From Glaucostegus cemiculus (taxonomy: Eukaryota), in NCBI GenBank assembly GCA_976551045.1, contig CDPCPM010000016.1, positions 24,118,001 to 24,182,000 of the forward strand: a stretch of DNA of 64,000 bases, given 5' to 3'. The position numbers and the translations under genes are program-made. Below the pieces are notes generated by a model. That model ran no database searches. It was not told the origin of the DNA and saw only the letters and a list, made by a program, of their open reading frames with translations. This document shows, piece after piece, positions 1 through 12,809 of the stretch (its first letter is position 1; every line of letters starts with the position of its first letter).

Positions 1-245
1 TGCTGGTGAGCTTTCTTGGTCATGGCGTCTACGTGGTTGGACCAGGACAGGCTATTGGTGATGTTCACTCCATGAAACTTGAAGCTCTCAATCCTCTCGA
101 CCTCAGAACCAAAAGCATGTGCATTGCCCCTCCCCCATCCTGAAGTCAATGACCAGCTCTTTTGTTTTGCTGACATTGAGTGAAAGGTTGTTGTCATGAC
201 ACCACATCATTAAGCTCTCTATCTCCTTCCTGTACTGACTCATCA
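1..245 (-). mobile_element. Rex1/Babar-type LINE reverse transcriptase fragment
   Basis: Reverse strand reads WCHDNNLSLNVSKTKELVIDF, the RT segment typical of Rex1/Babar; homologous to the plus-strand copy at 5170-6055. Confidence 0.7.
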
Positions 246-324
246 TTATCTAAGAACAGGATTGAATCCTTTTCACTGGACCTGTGATAAAGTAGCTCTA
301 CCAGCTGCACCATCGTATTTCCAG

Positions 325-1690
325 GCGGCTTTCAAGAACATCCCACACAGGAGGTTGATGAACAAGACTGTAACAAATGGAAGTGGGGGCATTATACCAG
401 CATGAATCAAAAACTGGTTAATGGAAAGAAAACAGGGCCCTTCTCAGGTTGGTAGGCAGTGGATAGTGCAGGACTTAGTGCCTGGGGTCCAACTATTCAA
501 AATCTGTATCCATGATTTGCCCAAAGGGAAATGTAATATTTCCAAGTTTATTGATGACACAAAGCTAAGTGTAAATAGTGAATAGTGATGAGAATACAAG
601 AGGATATAAGCAAGCTATGTCAGCAGGCACCAACATGATAGAGGGATTATAATATGGAAAAATGAAAGGTAGAGAAAACAAATGCAGAATAATTTTTAAA
701 TAGAGTGTGTTTAGGAAAAACTGATGCTTAAAGGGACCTCTATGTCATTGTACACATCACTGAAAGCTAACATGCAGGTGCAGCAAGCAGGCCAATGGTA
801 TGTTGCACTTTACTACAAGAAGATTTGATTACATGAATAAAGACATTCTACTACAATTACACAGGACATTAGTGATAGCAGACCTGGAAATTGCGTACAT
901 TTTTGGTATCCTTTCCCCAAGGAAGGTTGTAGTTGTGATAGAGGGTGTACAGCAAGGGTTCCCCAAACTGGCCCTGGGATGAAAGATTTGTACTGTTAAA
1001 AGTGATCGAACAGGCTGGGTCTCTATTCTTTGCAGTTTTGAAGAATGAAAGGTGACATCATTGAAAGATACAAAATTCTTACTGGGCTCTACGGGGTAAA
1101 TGTAGGGAGAATGTTATCCCTGGCTAAGGAATCAACTAGGGGTCACAGTCTAAAAAAAATATGTAGGCCACAAGAGTAAATTCAGGAAAAGTGTCTTTCC
1201 TCAGAGCAGTGCATCTTTACATTTCTCTACCCAGGAGTATGGGCAGGTACTGTAGTGTAGTGGTTAGCATAACGCTATTACAGCACCAGTGACCCAGGTT
1301 CTTAGGTTCCCAGTGACTCAGCTCCTTACTATCTGTAAGGAGTTTGTATGTTCTCCCCATGTCTGCGTGGGTTTCCTCCAGGTTCTCCAGTTTCCTCCCA
1401 CATTCCATAGACATAGATGTTTGGACGTTGTGGGCATACCATGTTGGGGCTGGAAGCATGGCAACATTTGTGGGCTGCCCCAGAACACCCTATGCAAAAG
1501 ATTTATTTCACTGTGTGTTTCAATGTACATGTGACTAATAAAGTTATCTTATCTTGTGGAGGGTCAGTTATGAATGCATACAAATCAGGGTTCAACAGAT
1601 TTCTGGATAGTAAAAGAATGGGGGATAAGGAATTAGAGCAGAAAAATGGAGCCGTGGTAGAAGATCATTCATTATCTTGTTGAATGACCA
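325..1690 (+). mobile_element. Degenerate CR1 LINE 3' fragment, split by a SINE at ~1240-1553
   Basis: Decayed SKFxDDTKL motif (tccaagtttattgatgacacaaagcta) and CR1 C-terminal region; CR1 sequence resumes after 1553. Confidence 0.7.
1241..1553 (+). mobile_element. V-SINE (HE1-like tRNA-derived SINE)
   Basis: tRNA-like head plus V-domain ggagtttgtatgttctccccatgtctgcgtgggtttcctccagg...tttcctcccacattcc; short ttatct tail. Confidence 0.8.
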
Positions 1691-3799
1691 TTTCGTATGT
1701 TAATAGAAAAGGAAGAGCAAACACAAAATGAAACCACTAATCATTTATATTTAAACATCCATGCTTATTGTTGCTGGTAGTCAATTTGAGCTCAAAGTGT
1801 AATGAAACCAGCATTAGCATTGAGAAGATCATCTGGTTTCATGGAAGAGCATCTGGTTAACAAAATTAAGCAGAAGGTTGTATTTAAAGTCTTAAAGCAA
1901 ACAGTGTCATTCCTTCAAAGTTAATGTTACAGCAGTAAAAGTAAGCATTACATATCCTTTCTTAAATCAATACTTCAATTATGGAAGTGTAGCACAAAGT
2001 GCATGTGAGCAACTGGAGTTACAAGGATCTCTTCCAACAGTCAATGATCAAAGTTCTAGCTTAATTAAAACAGAAATCTTTATCAAGCTAAATTAAAGTT
2101 ACTACAGGTGACCCTGTAATGAAGCCACATCATCTGCACATGTCAAGAAATGAGACTAGGAAAAAAAATTGTGTTGATTTATTTACTATTCTTTCCCCCA
2201 CATAACTTCTGTGAGTGCGAATTTTATTCTGTATCTCAAAAGTCTGGATAGTGATTCATGAATTCTGTAAGGGCGAATTCCTGTAACCCAAATGGCTGGA
2301 ATGTGGGGGTCGTATGTAACAATTTAGATTTAACCTATAATCCTTCTGTGATCAATAGAGAAAAAGGAAACATACCAAAGGGAATGCAAAGAACAGCGAT
2401 AAAAATGCAAAGAATGACAAGTGAAAGAAGCAACCAAGCTCATAACTGGACTTCAAATGTATTTCCCTATGGCTTTGCATCATAATGTCCAGAAGATAGA
2501 AGTAATCCTGTTGACTCAATAAAAAATTACACCTGTTGAACCTGACGCATTTCTTTGCGAGTAACATTTGACATGCCCCTACGTGTATGTAGGTATTTAT
2601 TATACACACAAATACATGCACAAATGGAAACTAATTCTGTACTGAATGGTCAGATCTCATAATTCTGTCATCTCTTGTTGGTCTTTAACAACACTGCAAT
2701 TAGATCTCTTTGGCTCATTTAGGCAGCATTTCCTCCAAAATACTAAACTTTTGTTAATCCAATATTGGTTAATCCATGCAAGTTAGTGCCAGGCCATGGT
2801 ATGTGGCTTGAAGCTTGACATAGATAAGAAAGTCAGCCCACAAATTAGGCATCTGAATAATGATATCCATTATTGTTGAAATTTTCCAACTTTACTGCCT
2901 GTGTTCTAACATGCATCGACTTCCAATTACCCATTAATCTTTTTCTTAACTACCAACTTTGGCTCCTGGTAAAGCCGTGTCTTGGTTTAAAAATTTTCCT
3001 GATTTCACCGCCACAGTTTCTCCCTCATTTCTAACCTTCTCCAGCCCAATAACTTCCAAGATATCTGCACTCCAGATTGGACTTCCTGACCATCCTAGAA
3101 TTTCACTGGTCTGTCACTGGCAGTGGTGCTTTCAGCTGGTTAATAAGGCCTTAAATTCTACAATCCCTTCCCAAATCTTTCTACTTTTTTTCCTCTCCTT
3201 CTAACCATGGCTTAAAATCTTTCTCTTTGATGAAGTGTTTAGTGATCAAGTGTAACATCTATGGGGCTTGCCATTAATATTTGACACATTCAGGACACTA
3301 TATAAAATGGAAAAGTTTAACACCTTAAATTATAAAACTTTAAAATGTAATAGGCACCTGTGCCTACAAAAACATTAGATTAGAAACAGCATCAAAATAT
3401 TTAAGTATTAATGATTTTTAGGGTGGGTAATTACAAGTAAAAAAATTTATGGTAGGTCAGCTGACCCGCCCATTAGTAGTAAATTCTTCTGTTCAAAGGT
3501 CAATGACTTGAAACATAAATTCTTGTTTCTTCCGCTGTCTGTCCTGCCAAGGAGTTTCAGATTACCAACATCTCCAGTATTTCGCTTTACTTTTTACTGA
3601 TGAAGCCTGGAAGCTAAACGTAGTACCACGTCCACCACCAAAGAAAATCTATCCTGTCAACTACACAGATAAACCATCGCACTAAGAGGAAGTATTGAGC
3701 AAGGCACAGTCAGCCAATTTTAAATAAAAACCTGAGTGCATTGCGAAATGAAAATGAATCACCCGCTTTTAATTCAAGAACAAGTTCGCATCCAGACTC

Positions 3800-4610
3800 C
3801 TCGTTAGTACGTGGCGTGCCCCTTGTAGCGGCACTTACCTTGGTTGTCATAGACGCTAACGTAGGAGATGCCCACGGCCATACACCAGACCACCAGGCTG
3901 GCGATGTCAGTGTAGCTGCTCTCCTCCTCGGTGATCACCAGCCCCAGGTGCAGCGGCAGCTTCTTCAGCCCGCGCCCGTCCGCCCGCCAGCGCGCGCGCC
4001 GGCTCTGTCCTTTGTTCTTGGCGTTCTGGAAGCCGCGAGCCAGCAGCGCCGCGTTCCACCGCGCCCAGGCGCACATTCCACGGCGGAGCCAGGCGCCCAG
4101 GGTCCGCTGCAGCCACAGCACGGCGTGCAGCAGCCGCCACACCAGCTCAAACACCGCCATCGCCTCAGCGGGGCGAGGCCAGAATACAACGCTGCTGAGC
4201 TGTGCGAACAGGAATCGGGTCGAAATATTACATCTGAGGAAAGGGTAAAGCGGCTGGGCTGCCCACTCAGTAGTTACTTTCCTCACGGCGATTGCAAATC
4301 AATGCCAACTCCCCAGAAATAGCGGCGCCATCTTTACTTTTGTTTTAAAACAGTCGTTAACTTTCACCTTTGACTGAAGCAACACATGGAGCGCGAGCAT
4401 TGGTTCACAGCCTCCCTCCGCCGTCGACGCCCGGCCCTGGGTGACGACAGGCAAGAAGGATATTGCAGTCTGATAGCCCGGGCTCCAGCGCCCCCCCAGC
4501 CGGCGGAGCAGAACTCGGAAACGCAGCCGCAGGCGCCAGATCAATGCAAGGCTGAGGGGAAAAAGCAGAGCACCAAGTATAGACCTGACCGTACAGCTGC
4601 CTGAACTACA
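3800..4610. promoter_or_regulatory. CpG island / NUS1 promoter and 5'UTR with YY1-type motif
   Basis: GC- and CpG-rich against an AT-rich background; AAGATGGCG on minus strand at 4326-4334. Confidence 0.7.
3839..4160 (-). CDS. NUS1: NUS1 (Nogo-B receptor, cis-prenyltransferase subunit) coding exon 1
   Basis: [15 protein letters not shown]...[51 protein letters not shown] matches the NUS1 N-terminus; donor AG|GTAAGT at 3839/3838 (phase 1). Further exons not recognised in the window. Confidence 0.95.
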
Positions 4611-4824
4611 GTACTTCTGCTTTATTTCATATTGGATAAGCAAGTATGTTGTCACCTTCCAACCCCCTTTTTAACTGCATTGCACTGCAAAATAGATAGA
4701 CCAGGGGTGAAATAACTTAGAAAATTAAATATATTTTGTAGTACAATGATTGATTTATGCAAATTGGTTCGGAATTAAGGGCATCAACATATAATGTCTT
4801 TGGATCTCCATTTCTATTAAATAC

Positions 4825-5125
4825 TGGTCCGATCTCATTCACTCACGATCACTGTGCTCACTGACCTACATCAGTTCCCAATCTGGTTATGGTTCTGTAT
4901 TGACATTATTGTCCTTGACTTTTAAATCCTTCTATAGCCTAGCTCCTCCATTTCTTTGTAGCATATTCTGGCCCCACAATCTTCCAAAATCACTGTGTCC
5001 CTCCAATTCTGGTCCTGTGCACATTCCCATATAATACTGTATTATTGACTACATAAAATGGTTTGGTCAAAATTTCTTTGCTAGGACATCTGTGGGGTGT
5101 CTTACCACATTAATCAAGTTGGTGT
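4825..5125 (+). mobile_element. L2-type LINE 3' end fragment
   Basis: cattcactcacgatcactgtgctcactgacctacatcagttccca resembles the L2 'ITPVLADLHWLP' region. Confidence 0.5.
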
Positions 5126-5169
5126 TGTAGTCAACTGACTTCCATAATGATTATGTTTATTTAATGCCA

Positions 5170-6056
5170 ATAACATCGTCTCCTCACTGACTATCAATAC
5201 AGGTGCACCTCAAGGATGTGTGCTTAGCCCACTGCTCTACTCTGTTTGCACTCATGACAGTGTGGCTAGGCACAGTTCAAACACTATCTACAAATTTCCT
5301 GATGACACTACTGTTGTTAATAGAATGTCAGATGGCAATCAAGAGGCTTACAGGAGTGAGATAGATCGGCTGGTTGGATGGTGTTGCAACAACAACCTCA
5401 CACTCACCGTCAGCAAGGCCAAGGAGCTGACTGTGGATTCAGGAAGGGGAAGTTGGGAGAACACACACCAGTCCTCATTGAGGGGTCAGTGGTTGAAAGG
5501 GTGAGCAACTTCAAGTTCCAGCGGCTCTACTTAGGAGTTTGAGGAGATTTAGTATGTCAGCAAAGACTCTTACTAATTTCTGTAGATGTACAGTGGAGAG
5601 CATTTTGACTGGTTGCATTCACAGCCTGGTATGGAGGCTCCAATGCGCAGGATCGCAAGAGGCTGCAGAGGGTTGTAGACTCAGCCAGCTCCATCATGGG
5701 CACAACCCTTCCCACCATCAAGGTCATCTTCGAGGAGCAGTGCCTCAAGAAGGTGGCATCCATCATTAAGGATCCTCACCATCGGGGACATGCCCTCTTC
5801 TCATTACTACTGTCAGGGAGGAGGTACAGGAACCTGAAGACCCAAACTCAACAATTCAGGAACAGCTTCTTCCCCTCCGCCACCAGATTTCCGAATGATC
5901 CACGAACCCAAGAACACTACCTCATTATTCCTTTTTTTCTGCAATATTTGTTAATTGTGTAATTTATTGATTTTTGTCTTGCATTGTACTGCTGCCGCAA
6001 AACAACAAATCTCACGTCATATGTCAGTGATTATAAACCTGATCCTGACTCTGATT
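5170..6056 (+). mobile_element. Rex1/Babar LINE, 5'-truncated
   Basis: GAPQGCVLSPLLYS...YKFPDDTTV...WCCNNNLTL; RCTVESILTGCI; PHHRGHALFSLLLSGRRYR; ends in (ctgatc/ctgact/ctgatt) short tandem tail. Confidence 0.85.
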
Positions 6057-6676
6057 GTGGAACATCACAGATACCACTCATTCAGTAACAGAATGTACAG
6101 ATGGTAAATTTCAAAATTGTTTCTCTCATTTCTTGATCAAAAATCTTTAATGTGAAAGTTCAAAAGGTAAAGGCTTTGATTGATTAAAACAAATTCTAAA
6201 CAGTATATGTTTGATTATGGTTAAAATCCTCACTCTAAATATGCTCCCCTACATGTGTTTGGGATCTAAAGCACATCTATATCAATAACTTGGAATTTGC
6301 AGTGATACCAATGGCAAGACTATCACTGGTCACAGTTATTTTAGATAAAATCAGTCTGCAGCTTTTGGATTATGAACATGCACAGTTAAGTACAGAAATT
6401 AGAAGCTGTCAGAAATCCCCTACTCCTCAACAGGTTGCGCTCTATGTCTCAACATGGCCATTCAGTGTGGAGAAGGAGCATTTGTAATGCCGCTCAGAAT
6501 CTTAGGTTCATGATCCTCAGGGATCCATACTAGGACCTCTGCTGTTTGTGATGTACATAAATGACTGGAATGAAAATGTACATGGGTGGGTTAGTAAGTT
6601 TGCAGATGATATAAAAATTGGTGGTGTTGTGGATAGCATAGAAGACTGGCAAAGGATACAGCGGAATATAGATCAG

Positions 6677-7415
6677 TGTTACGGAATTAGGTTACTATTT
6701 GGGGAGTGTCCCTTTAAGACATAGTACAGTTGTGTGTGTGTGTGTGTGTTGTGTGTGTGTGTGTGTGTTGTTATTATGACAACAACAGGGGATAACAACC
6801 TGTTGATGTTTTGGTTCAGTCAGAGTCAGAAGGAGAGAGAGGAGAAAGAGAGACACTGCCTGCTGGTCTCTATCGATGGATGAAAAAATAATAACTGTGT
6901 CTGTCACTACAATCCATGTGTGGATTTTTGGAGTAATCCAGTGGAGTCCACTTTGTCAATAACCTGTAGGAGGAAACAGGTATTTGTGTGGATGGCTACA
7001 TCTTGAATGCCTTTTGGGGTGGCAGATACTTCGGAACAAAGCAGTGGAGATCATCAGTGATGGAGGTGTCGTATGGTTTCCATCGAGGAACATTTGGATT
7101 TCGTAATGTCTCTATTATCTCTCTACATTTTCTCTTCAGTCAACGGTGGTTTCGCAGAAGCCTTTGCTCTTCTTTCACATTATGGCTTGCTGAACTGAAC
7201 TTTGAGAACTATTCCTGGACTTAGAGTTTGGGAATTTGCCACACACACACTTCGAGTTTAGTTTTGGGGTTAATGTTTAATATCTAACATTTTTACTTAT
7301 AGCATTTCAACATTTTCATTTTTATTTTTCTTATTATCGTAAGTAGTTGTTAATAAAATAGTTTCTAACACTTATACATAACTTGGTGTGTTTCTTTTGT
7401 TGCTGGTACATAACA
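6677..7415 (+). mobile_element. Solo LTR (739 bp; Gypsy or ERV type)
   Basis: TGTTA...TAACA inverted termini, 4-bp TSD TCAG at 6673-6676 and 7416-7419, AATAAA at 7352, internal (TG)n; cleanly splits a CR1. Confidence 0.85.
6732..6768. repeat. (TG)n microsatellite inside the LTR
   Basis: Direct reading. Confidence 0.9.
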
Positions 7416-9899
7416 TCAGTTGCAGATATGGGCAGAGAAATAGCAGATGGAGTTCAATCCCGCCAAATGTTAGGTGTTGCAATCAAATGTAAAGAGACAG
7501 TACACTATTAACAGCAAGACCCTTAACAATGTTGATAAGCAGGGGAATCTTGGGGTCCAAGTTCATTGCTCCCTGAAAGTGGCTACACAGGTTGACAAGG
7601 CAGTAAAGAAGGCATATGGCATGCTTGCCTTTATTAGTTGAGGCACTGAGTTCAAGAGTCAGGAAGTTATGCTGCAGCTTTTATAAAACTTCAGTTAGGC
7701 CACATTTGGAGTATTGCATTCAGTTCTGAATGCCTTTTGGGGTGGCAGATACTTCGGAACAAAGCAGTGGAGATCATCAGTGATGGAGGTCATAGGAAGG
7801 ATGTCAAGGCTTTGGAGAAGGTGCAGAAAAGGTTTACCAAGATGCTCCCTGGATTAGAGATCATGTGCTGTGAGGATAGTTGGACAAACTTGGTTTGTTC
7901 TCTCTGGTGCAGCGAAGGCAGAAGGGAGATCTGATCAAGGTTTATAAGATTATGAGAGGCATAGATAGAGTAGACAGCCAGTATCTTTTCCCCAGGGTTG
8001 AAATGTTTAATACCATGCATTTAAAGTGATGGGGGGGTAACTTCAAAGGAGATGTATGGGGCAAGTCTTTTACACAGAGAATGGTAGGTTCCTGGAATGC
8101 GCTGCCTGGGGTGGTAGTGGAGGCAAATATGATAAGGGTGTTCAAAAAGCTCATAGATAGGCACATGAATGTGAAGGAAGTGGTAGGATTTGGACATTGT
8201 GTAGGCAAGAGGGATTAGTTTAGCTGGGCACTTCATTACTCATGTAATTGGTTTGGCACACCCCACAAACAACTCATCCATCAGCCTCATTGGGCACCTA
8301 CTGCACCGGTTGTGGAAAAGTCTCCAGTTCCAATATTGACCTTATCAGTCAACTCATAGCCCACAGAACCAAAGCAGAAGCAAATCATCCTTGATCATGA
8401 CTGACTGTCAAAAAAGGCCTGTCACTACTTGGGTCACTGCTGAGGAGCATGAAGACTCATTCTTTCTTCAAAATGTTTTTTTTAATCAGGGTGCAGCTAC
8501 CATGATTCCTGCCTTATTTGGCCTATCATGACTGTGGTACTCAGGCCAATGGCTTTCCTGCTGCTTAAGTGCAAACTTGCCACAAAGAGGCCCCATTAAT
8601 TCAAGCAGGAGTGTTTTATGAACCACTAACACAAGTCTTGTTGCCATTGGCAGGAGATTATGAACTCAACATTGTGCTTTTCTTGCAAATTGAGTAACAC
8701 AGATCCAGAAATTTCCACTACTAATATGACCATTCATTATGTGATGTGGTAGCAGAATATCACTCCCCAGTCAAATGCACATGCTGATTTTAATATCTGA
8801 ACATTTTCTTACTCTGTGCGGCTCAGTGAAGACACTAATCTGATCGGCTGGTGTATTCTCAGTTCAGAATGCAGTGGATCCTGCAGAGGGCACCATGCTC
8901 CAGAAAAGCACTGGATTTGTGGCAGTCTCTGCTGACTTGCTTGTAAAATGTTTGTGGCAGCTACCAACAAGGTGAATGGTGAGTTATGTTCCTTCAACAA
9001 TGGAGGCAAACTGGCCCATATGAACATTAGTGTGTGAATTTGTTTTTTTTTCACAGAACTTTTAAAAATCTTCATGCATTAATTCTTAAATATTTGCATT
9101 GCTCTCTGATAGCAATCTACATTTTTAATGATTTGTTTCCTGAAATAAAATGTTTAATTTAAAATATCTTTATTCCAAAATCATCATAAAGTGATTACAC
9201 CATTGCTGATAGGGTACCTGAACTTGTTTTTGTACACATATTCTTTGTAATTACATTTGATATTAGTAATATAATTAGTATCAATTGGTTATCAATATTT
9301 GTAGTACATTCAATATTGGTTATCCAATGGTAGAAGAACAATAATGCTAATTTAATTTAAAATTTAAAACTAAAGTAAAGCAGTAATATAATTAAACAAC
9401 ACTACTTGTTATGCATATTTTTGATTTAGTGGCAACACTGATTTAAAACATGGTATTGATTTCCCATATATGATTATCTTCTTATTTGGAAAAGCAAATA
9501 TGCATTTTGTTTATGATTACTATATGAAAGTCAATCTTTTACTTTTAAAAAAAGATAGACCACAGACAAAACATTATCCTATCATACCAAATGAACAATT
9601 TTGACTATTAAGAATTTTCTGCTCAATGTAGTTGGGTCATTGCTTGTACTGACCTTACCAATGCATGCAGTGGCAATAACGTATCTCTCAGAAATCTAAA
9701 CTACAGGTCAACAGAAAAAAGATTCAAAGAAGACTCATAATTATCCATTCTAAACATTTACATGTGATTTAGCAGGCACTGTGAAGACAAAATGAGAATG
9801 TAAGCATAAAATCCAAGTTACACTAGAACATTCTTTACCTTTGCACATCAGTCATACAATCAGAATTTTTAAAGTAATTAATGTATTAGTCACTGATTT

Positions 9900-10362
9900 T
9901 CAGTATGTATCATAGTCATAATAATCTTCATAGTCAGTTGGACCATTGATGTTTGAGCTATCATGATTCTGTGCTACTTTTGCATAACTTTCAAGAAATG
10001 CTTTTCCTTTCACACCATGCCAAATATTATATCCACAGCTGTTCAGAATCTTGGTGGAAGATAGCCAGCTCTCACCTTGATAATAGACTGGGGTTGCACA
10101 GTTGCCACTTCTAATCTCCAATTGTTTTGCAGTTAATAAATCTCTCATTTTTATGAGGTCACATGTACAATTCCAAGGGTTTCCATCTAAATAGAGCCGC
10201 CTGAGGCGAGGAAAATAGACAAACACTTCAGGGTTTAGAGATGACAACTTGTTATTACGCAGATTTAGAACCTGTAGCCGTTTCAGATTTTTAACTGTCT
10301 CCTTGCAAATGTCCTTTATGTTATTTCCTTTCAAGTCTAGCCTTACAAGAGTATCAGGGAGC
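9900..10362 (-). CDS. NEPN: Nephrocan coding exon 3 (last LRRs, LRRCT, acidic Tyr-rich tail, stop)
   Basis: Acceptor ttcttcag|G (phase 2); LPDTLVRLDLKGNNI...LDGNPWNCTC...DYEDYYDYDTY*. Confidence 0.92.
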
Positions 10363-11469
10363 CTGAAGAAAAGACAAAGGATAAGAATTACTGGAATTAT
10401 ATTAAAATATTCAGTTATTAATAAATAAACACAATTTTTGAGTAAATACAGATTATTGCAGTGCCCACACTAGTGGGAGAATGTAATGACAGCAGAAAAT
10501 GTTGCATGGGCATCTTCCATTATAAATGGGATTCCCAGGAAGCTGACTCAGCATTTACTTTAAGATTCATACGTAGTTAATTTGGCTAATTGAAATGTAT
10601 TGTCCTTTCCTGTTTCATTACCTCTGTTTTCCCAAGCACCTACCAATAACCCTACCTCCCGAACTGGTGAAATACTGTAGACTTACATCCTAAGTCCCTG
10701 AAGCACTGCCGTGATCAATTTTATAAATCCAGCATCGCCAATCCTCAAGCCCATGACATACTCTGGCCCTCTTTGCAGTGAATGCTTGACACAAAACACT
10801 TAGCTAACTTGCCAAACCCTCTGAGATGCATTTCCAAAAATGTTCCTTTGTCATGGCTGTGATGATTTTCCAATGCTCTATTAGTTGCAAGATTATTTAC
10901 TAGCCCTGTTATTGCATACTGCAATAATTTTCTGGCAGTATTTTTTCTCCTCAGCTTGCAAGATAATAGCAACCTTCCATCCCCTAACCCCCACCCCAAC
11001 CCCATTACCACAATTCTCCCTGGAGCTGAATGTTGTGCTGAGTCTTTATCCCAAAAGAAATCTTGTTCCTTTTAGGTGACATTGTATAAGCTAAGAGAAA
11101 CTATTTCTCTCTTCTGGCCACTATCTTGTCAACCTCTTCTAGAATGTGAATGAAGCTGTTAAGTTCTTTAGTTTACTTTCACTGTTATTTATTTGCAGCA
11201 GTGTCCAACCCAATCAATTAAAAGTTCCCTTTGTTTCCATTATGTCACTGGAAAAAAATCTGTAATGATTGAAAAACTGAAATTAAAATGCAAGGAACTC
11301 AAAACATGACTATTAGCAGCTGAGCAAAGAAAATATAAGATAAAGGTGTGCATACTGTTTGTCAGAATCTTAGAGCAATAGACATATTAAGAATAGCCCA
11401 TCATTGCTGTTTTGATGTGTTGATGAGGCATTTTAATTCTTGGTCTTTTGTATGCACATGGTTTCCAGC

Positions 11470-11508
11470 ATTATTAGGGTGATCCACTTCTTGGATCACC
11501 CTAATAAT
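11470..11508. repeat. Perfect 17-bp inverted repeat with 5-nt loop
   Basis: attattagggtgatcca-cttct-tggatcaccctaataat. Confidence 0.95.
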
Positions 11509-11728
11509 TGATATAATTAATGTTTTTTGTATCCTAGAAATGTTTTTCTTGCTATTGTAAAATATTAGCTTGTAATCATGAGTGATATTAAAGCAGAGAA
11601 ATAGGCACTAGTGCCAAGATCTTAAATTTATGTTTGACAGCAAATTGAAAACAATATTAATTGACACCAAGGTTCCATCAATGGAACTTAAGTACTGTAT
11701 TTCTCCCAACCCCGTCATACTAACCTAC

Positions 11729-12630
11729 CCTTTTGGAAAAGATGACAGGTGATTTTGCTCCAGTGCTAGGTCGGAAAGTTGTAAACAATGCTGCAGTGCA
11801 TCTAGATCAATATTAGTAATGTTGTTGTACTCCAGAAACAAATGTTTTAGCCCACACACTCCAGAGAATTCCTGCAGCGTAATTTTTTGTATGAGGTTGT
11901 GACTGCAATCCAACATTCGCAGATGTGATGGGAGACCAGTTGGTATTGCTTTCAGCTGATTTTTAGATAGATCCACTGTGGATAAGTTTGACAAAGTCAG
12001 TGCATTATTAGCTATAGAAATCTGATTTTCAGAAAGCGAGAGTTCAAAGAGGTGTCTGAGATAGTTTAAATCTTGCATTTGCAATTCACTAATCAAATTT
12101 CTGTCCATTTTTAAGGTCCATAATAATGGTGGCATTTCTTGTGGAATCTTGAAAAATGAGTTTCCCGATAAACTAAGAAAACGTAGTGATGGTAAGAAGC
12201 TGAAAAAATTCAAAGGTAGTGAAGAGAGTCTGTTATTTTGCATGCTTAAACGTTTTAGGTAAGCAAGCTTTAATGGTCCTGATAACAACTCAAGTCTATT
12301 ACTGTCCAAGATAAGACTTTCTAATCTGACAGCAGATGACAAAACATTGGAATTAATTATGGAGATCTTATTATTTTGAAGATCAAGGACCTTCAATTTT
12401 GCCAAACCTTCAAAGTCAGCTTCACACAAGACCTGAATCCTATTATTACCCAGTTTTAGCACCTCTACATTGGAGGGAAGTTTACTGGGAACATGTCTCA
12501 GCTTGTTTTTCCATAGTTCTAAGGTTCTCAGATTTGTGAGTGTTGAAAATGTGTAAGCTTCTGTTGCTTCCATTCCACATGAAGACAATGCTAGCTCTTC
12601 AATTCCATTAAGTCCACCAAAGTCAGATGC
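11729..12630 (-). CDS. NEPN: Nephrocan coding exon 2 (LRR array)
   Basis: Acceptor tcttttgcag|GCA, donor GG|GTAGGT; 902 nt open with tandem LxxLxLxxNxL repeats; phases match exons 1 and 3. Confidence 0.93.
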
Positions 12631-12809
12631 CTGCAAAAGATCAAGACAAGATAGATACAGTTCACAATAATTACCAGGGGAAAAGATTCGGCCATATCTT
12701 GATAAATGTAGGTTGTAACATTGGGATAAAGAAAAGAAAATGGCTGAAAATGAAATTTTCCAAAAAATAAACAACTGATTGCTCAACAAATATGTGACAT
12801 GTCATACTG

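Larger units (their letters stand above)
6515..8240 (+). mobile_element. CR1 LINE 3' half, interrupted by a solo LTR
   Basis: PQGSILGPLLF, SKFADDIKIGG, ALEKVQKRFTKMLPGL motifs; collinear across the 6677-7415 insert. Confidence 0.85.

Noticed and set aside
3741-4322. 193-aa plus-strand ORF and other overlapping ORFs at NUS1 exon 1
   Set aside because: Antisense or alternate-frame shadows of a GC-rich exon; no recognisable domains.
12631-12789. Hydrophobic signal-like N-terminal extension of the 354-aa LRR ORF
   Set aside because: It starts at TTG in intronic sequence; a good acceptor at 12631 joins the real signal-peptide exon in frame.
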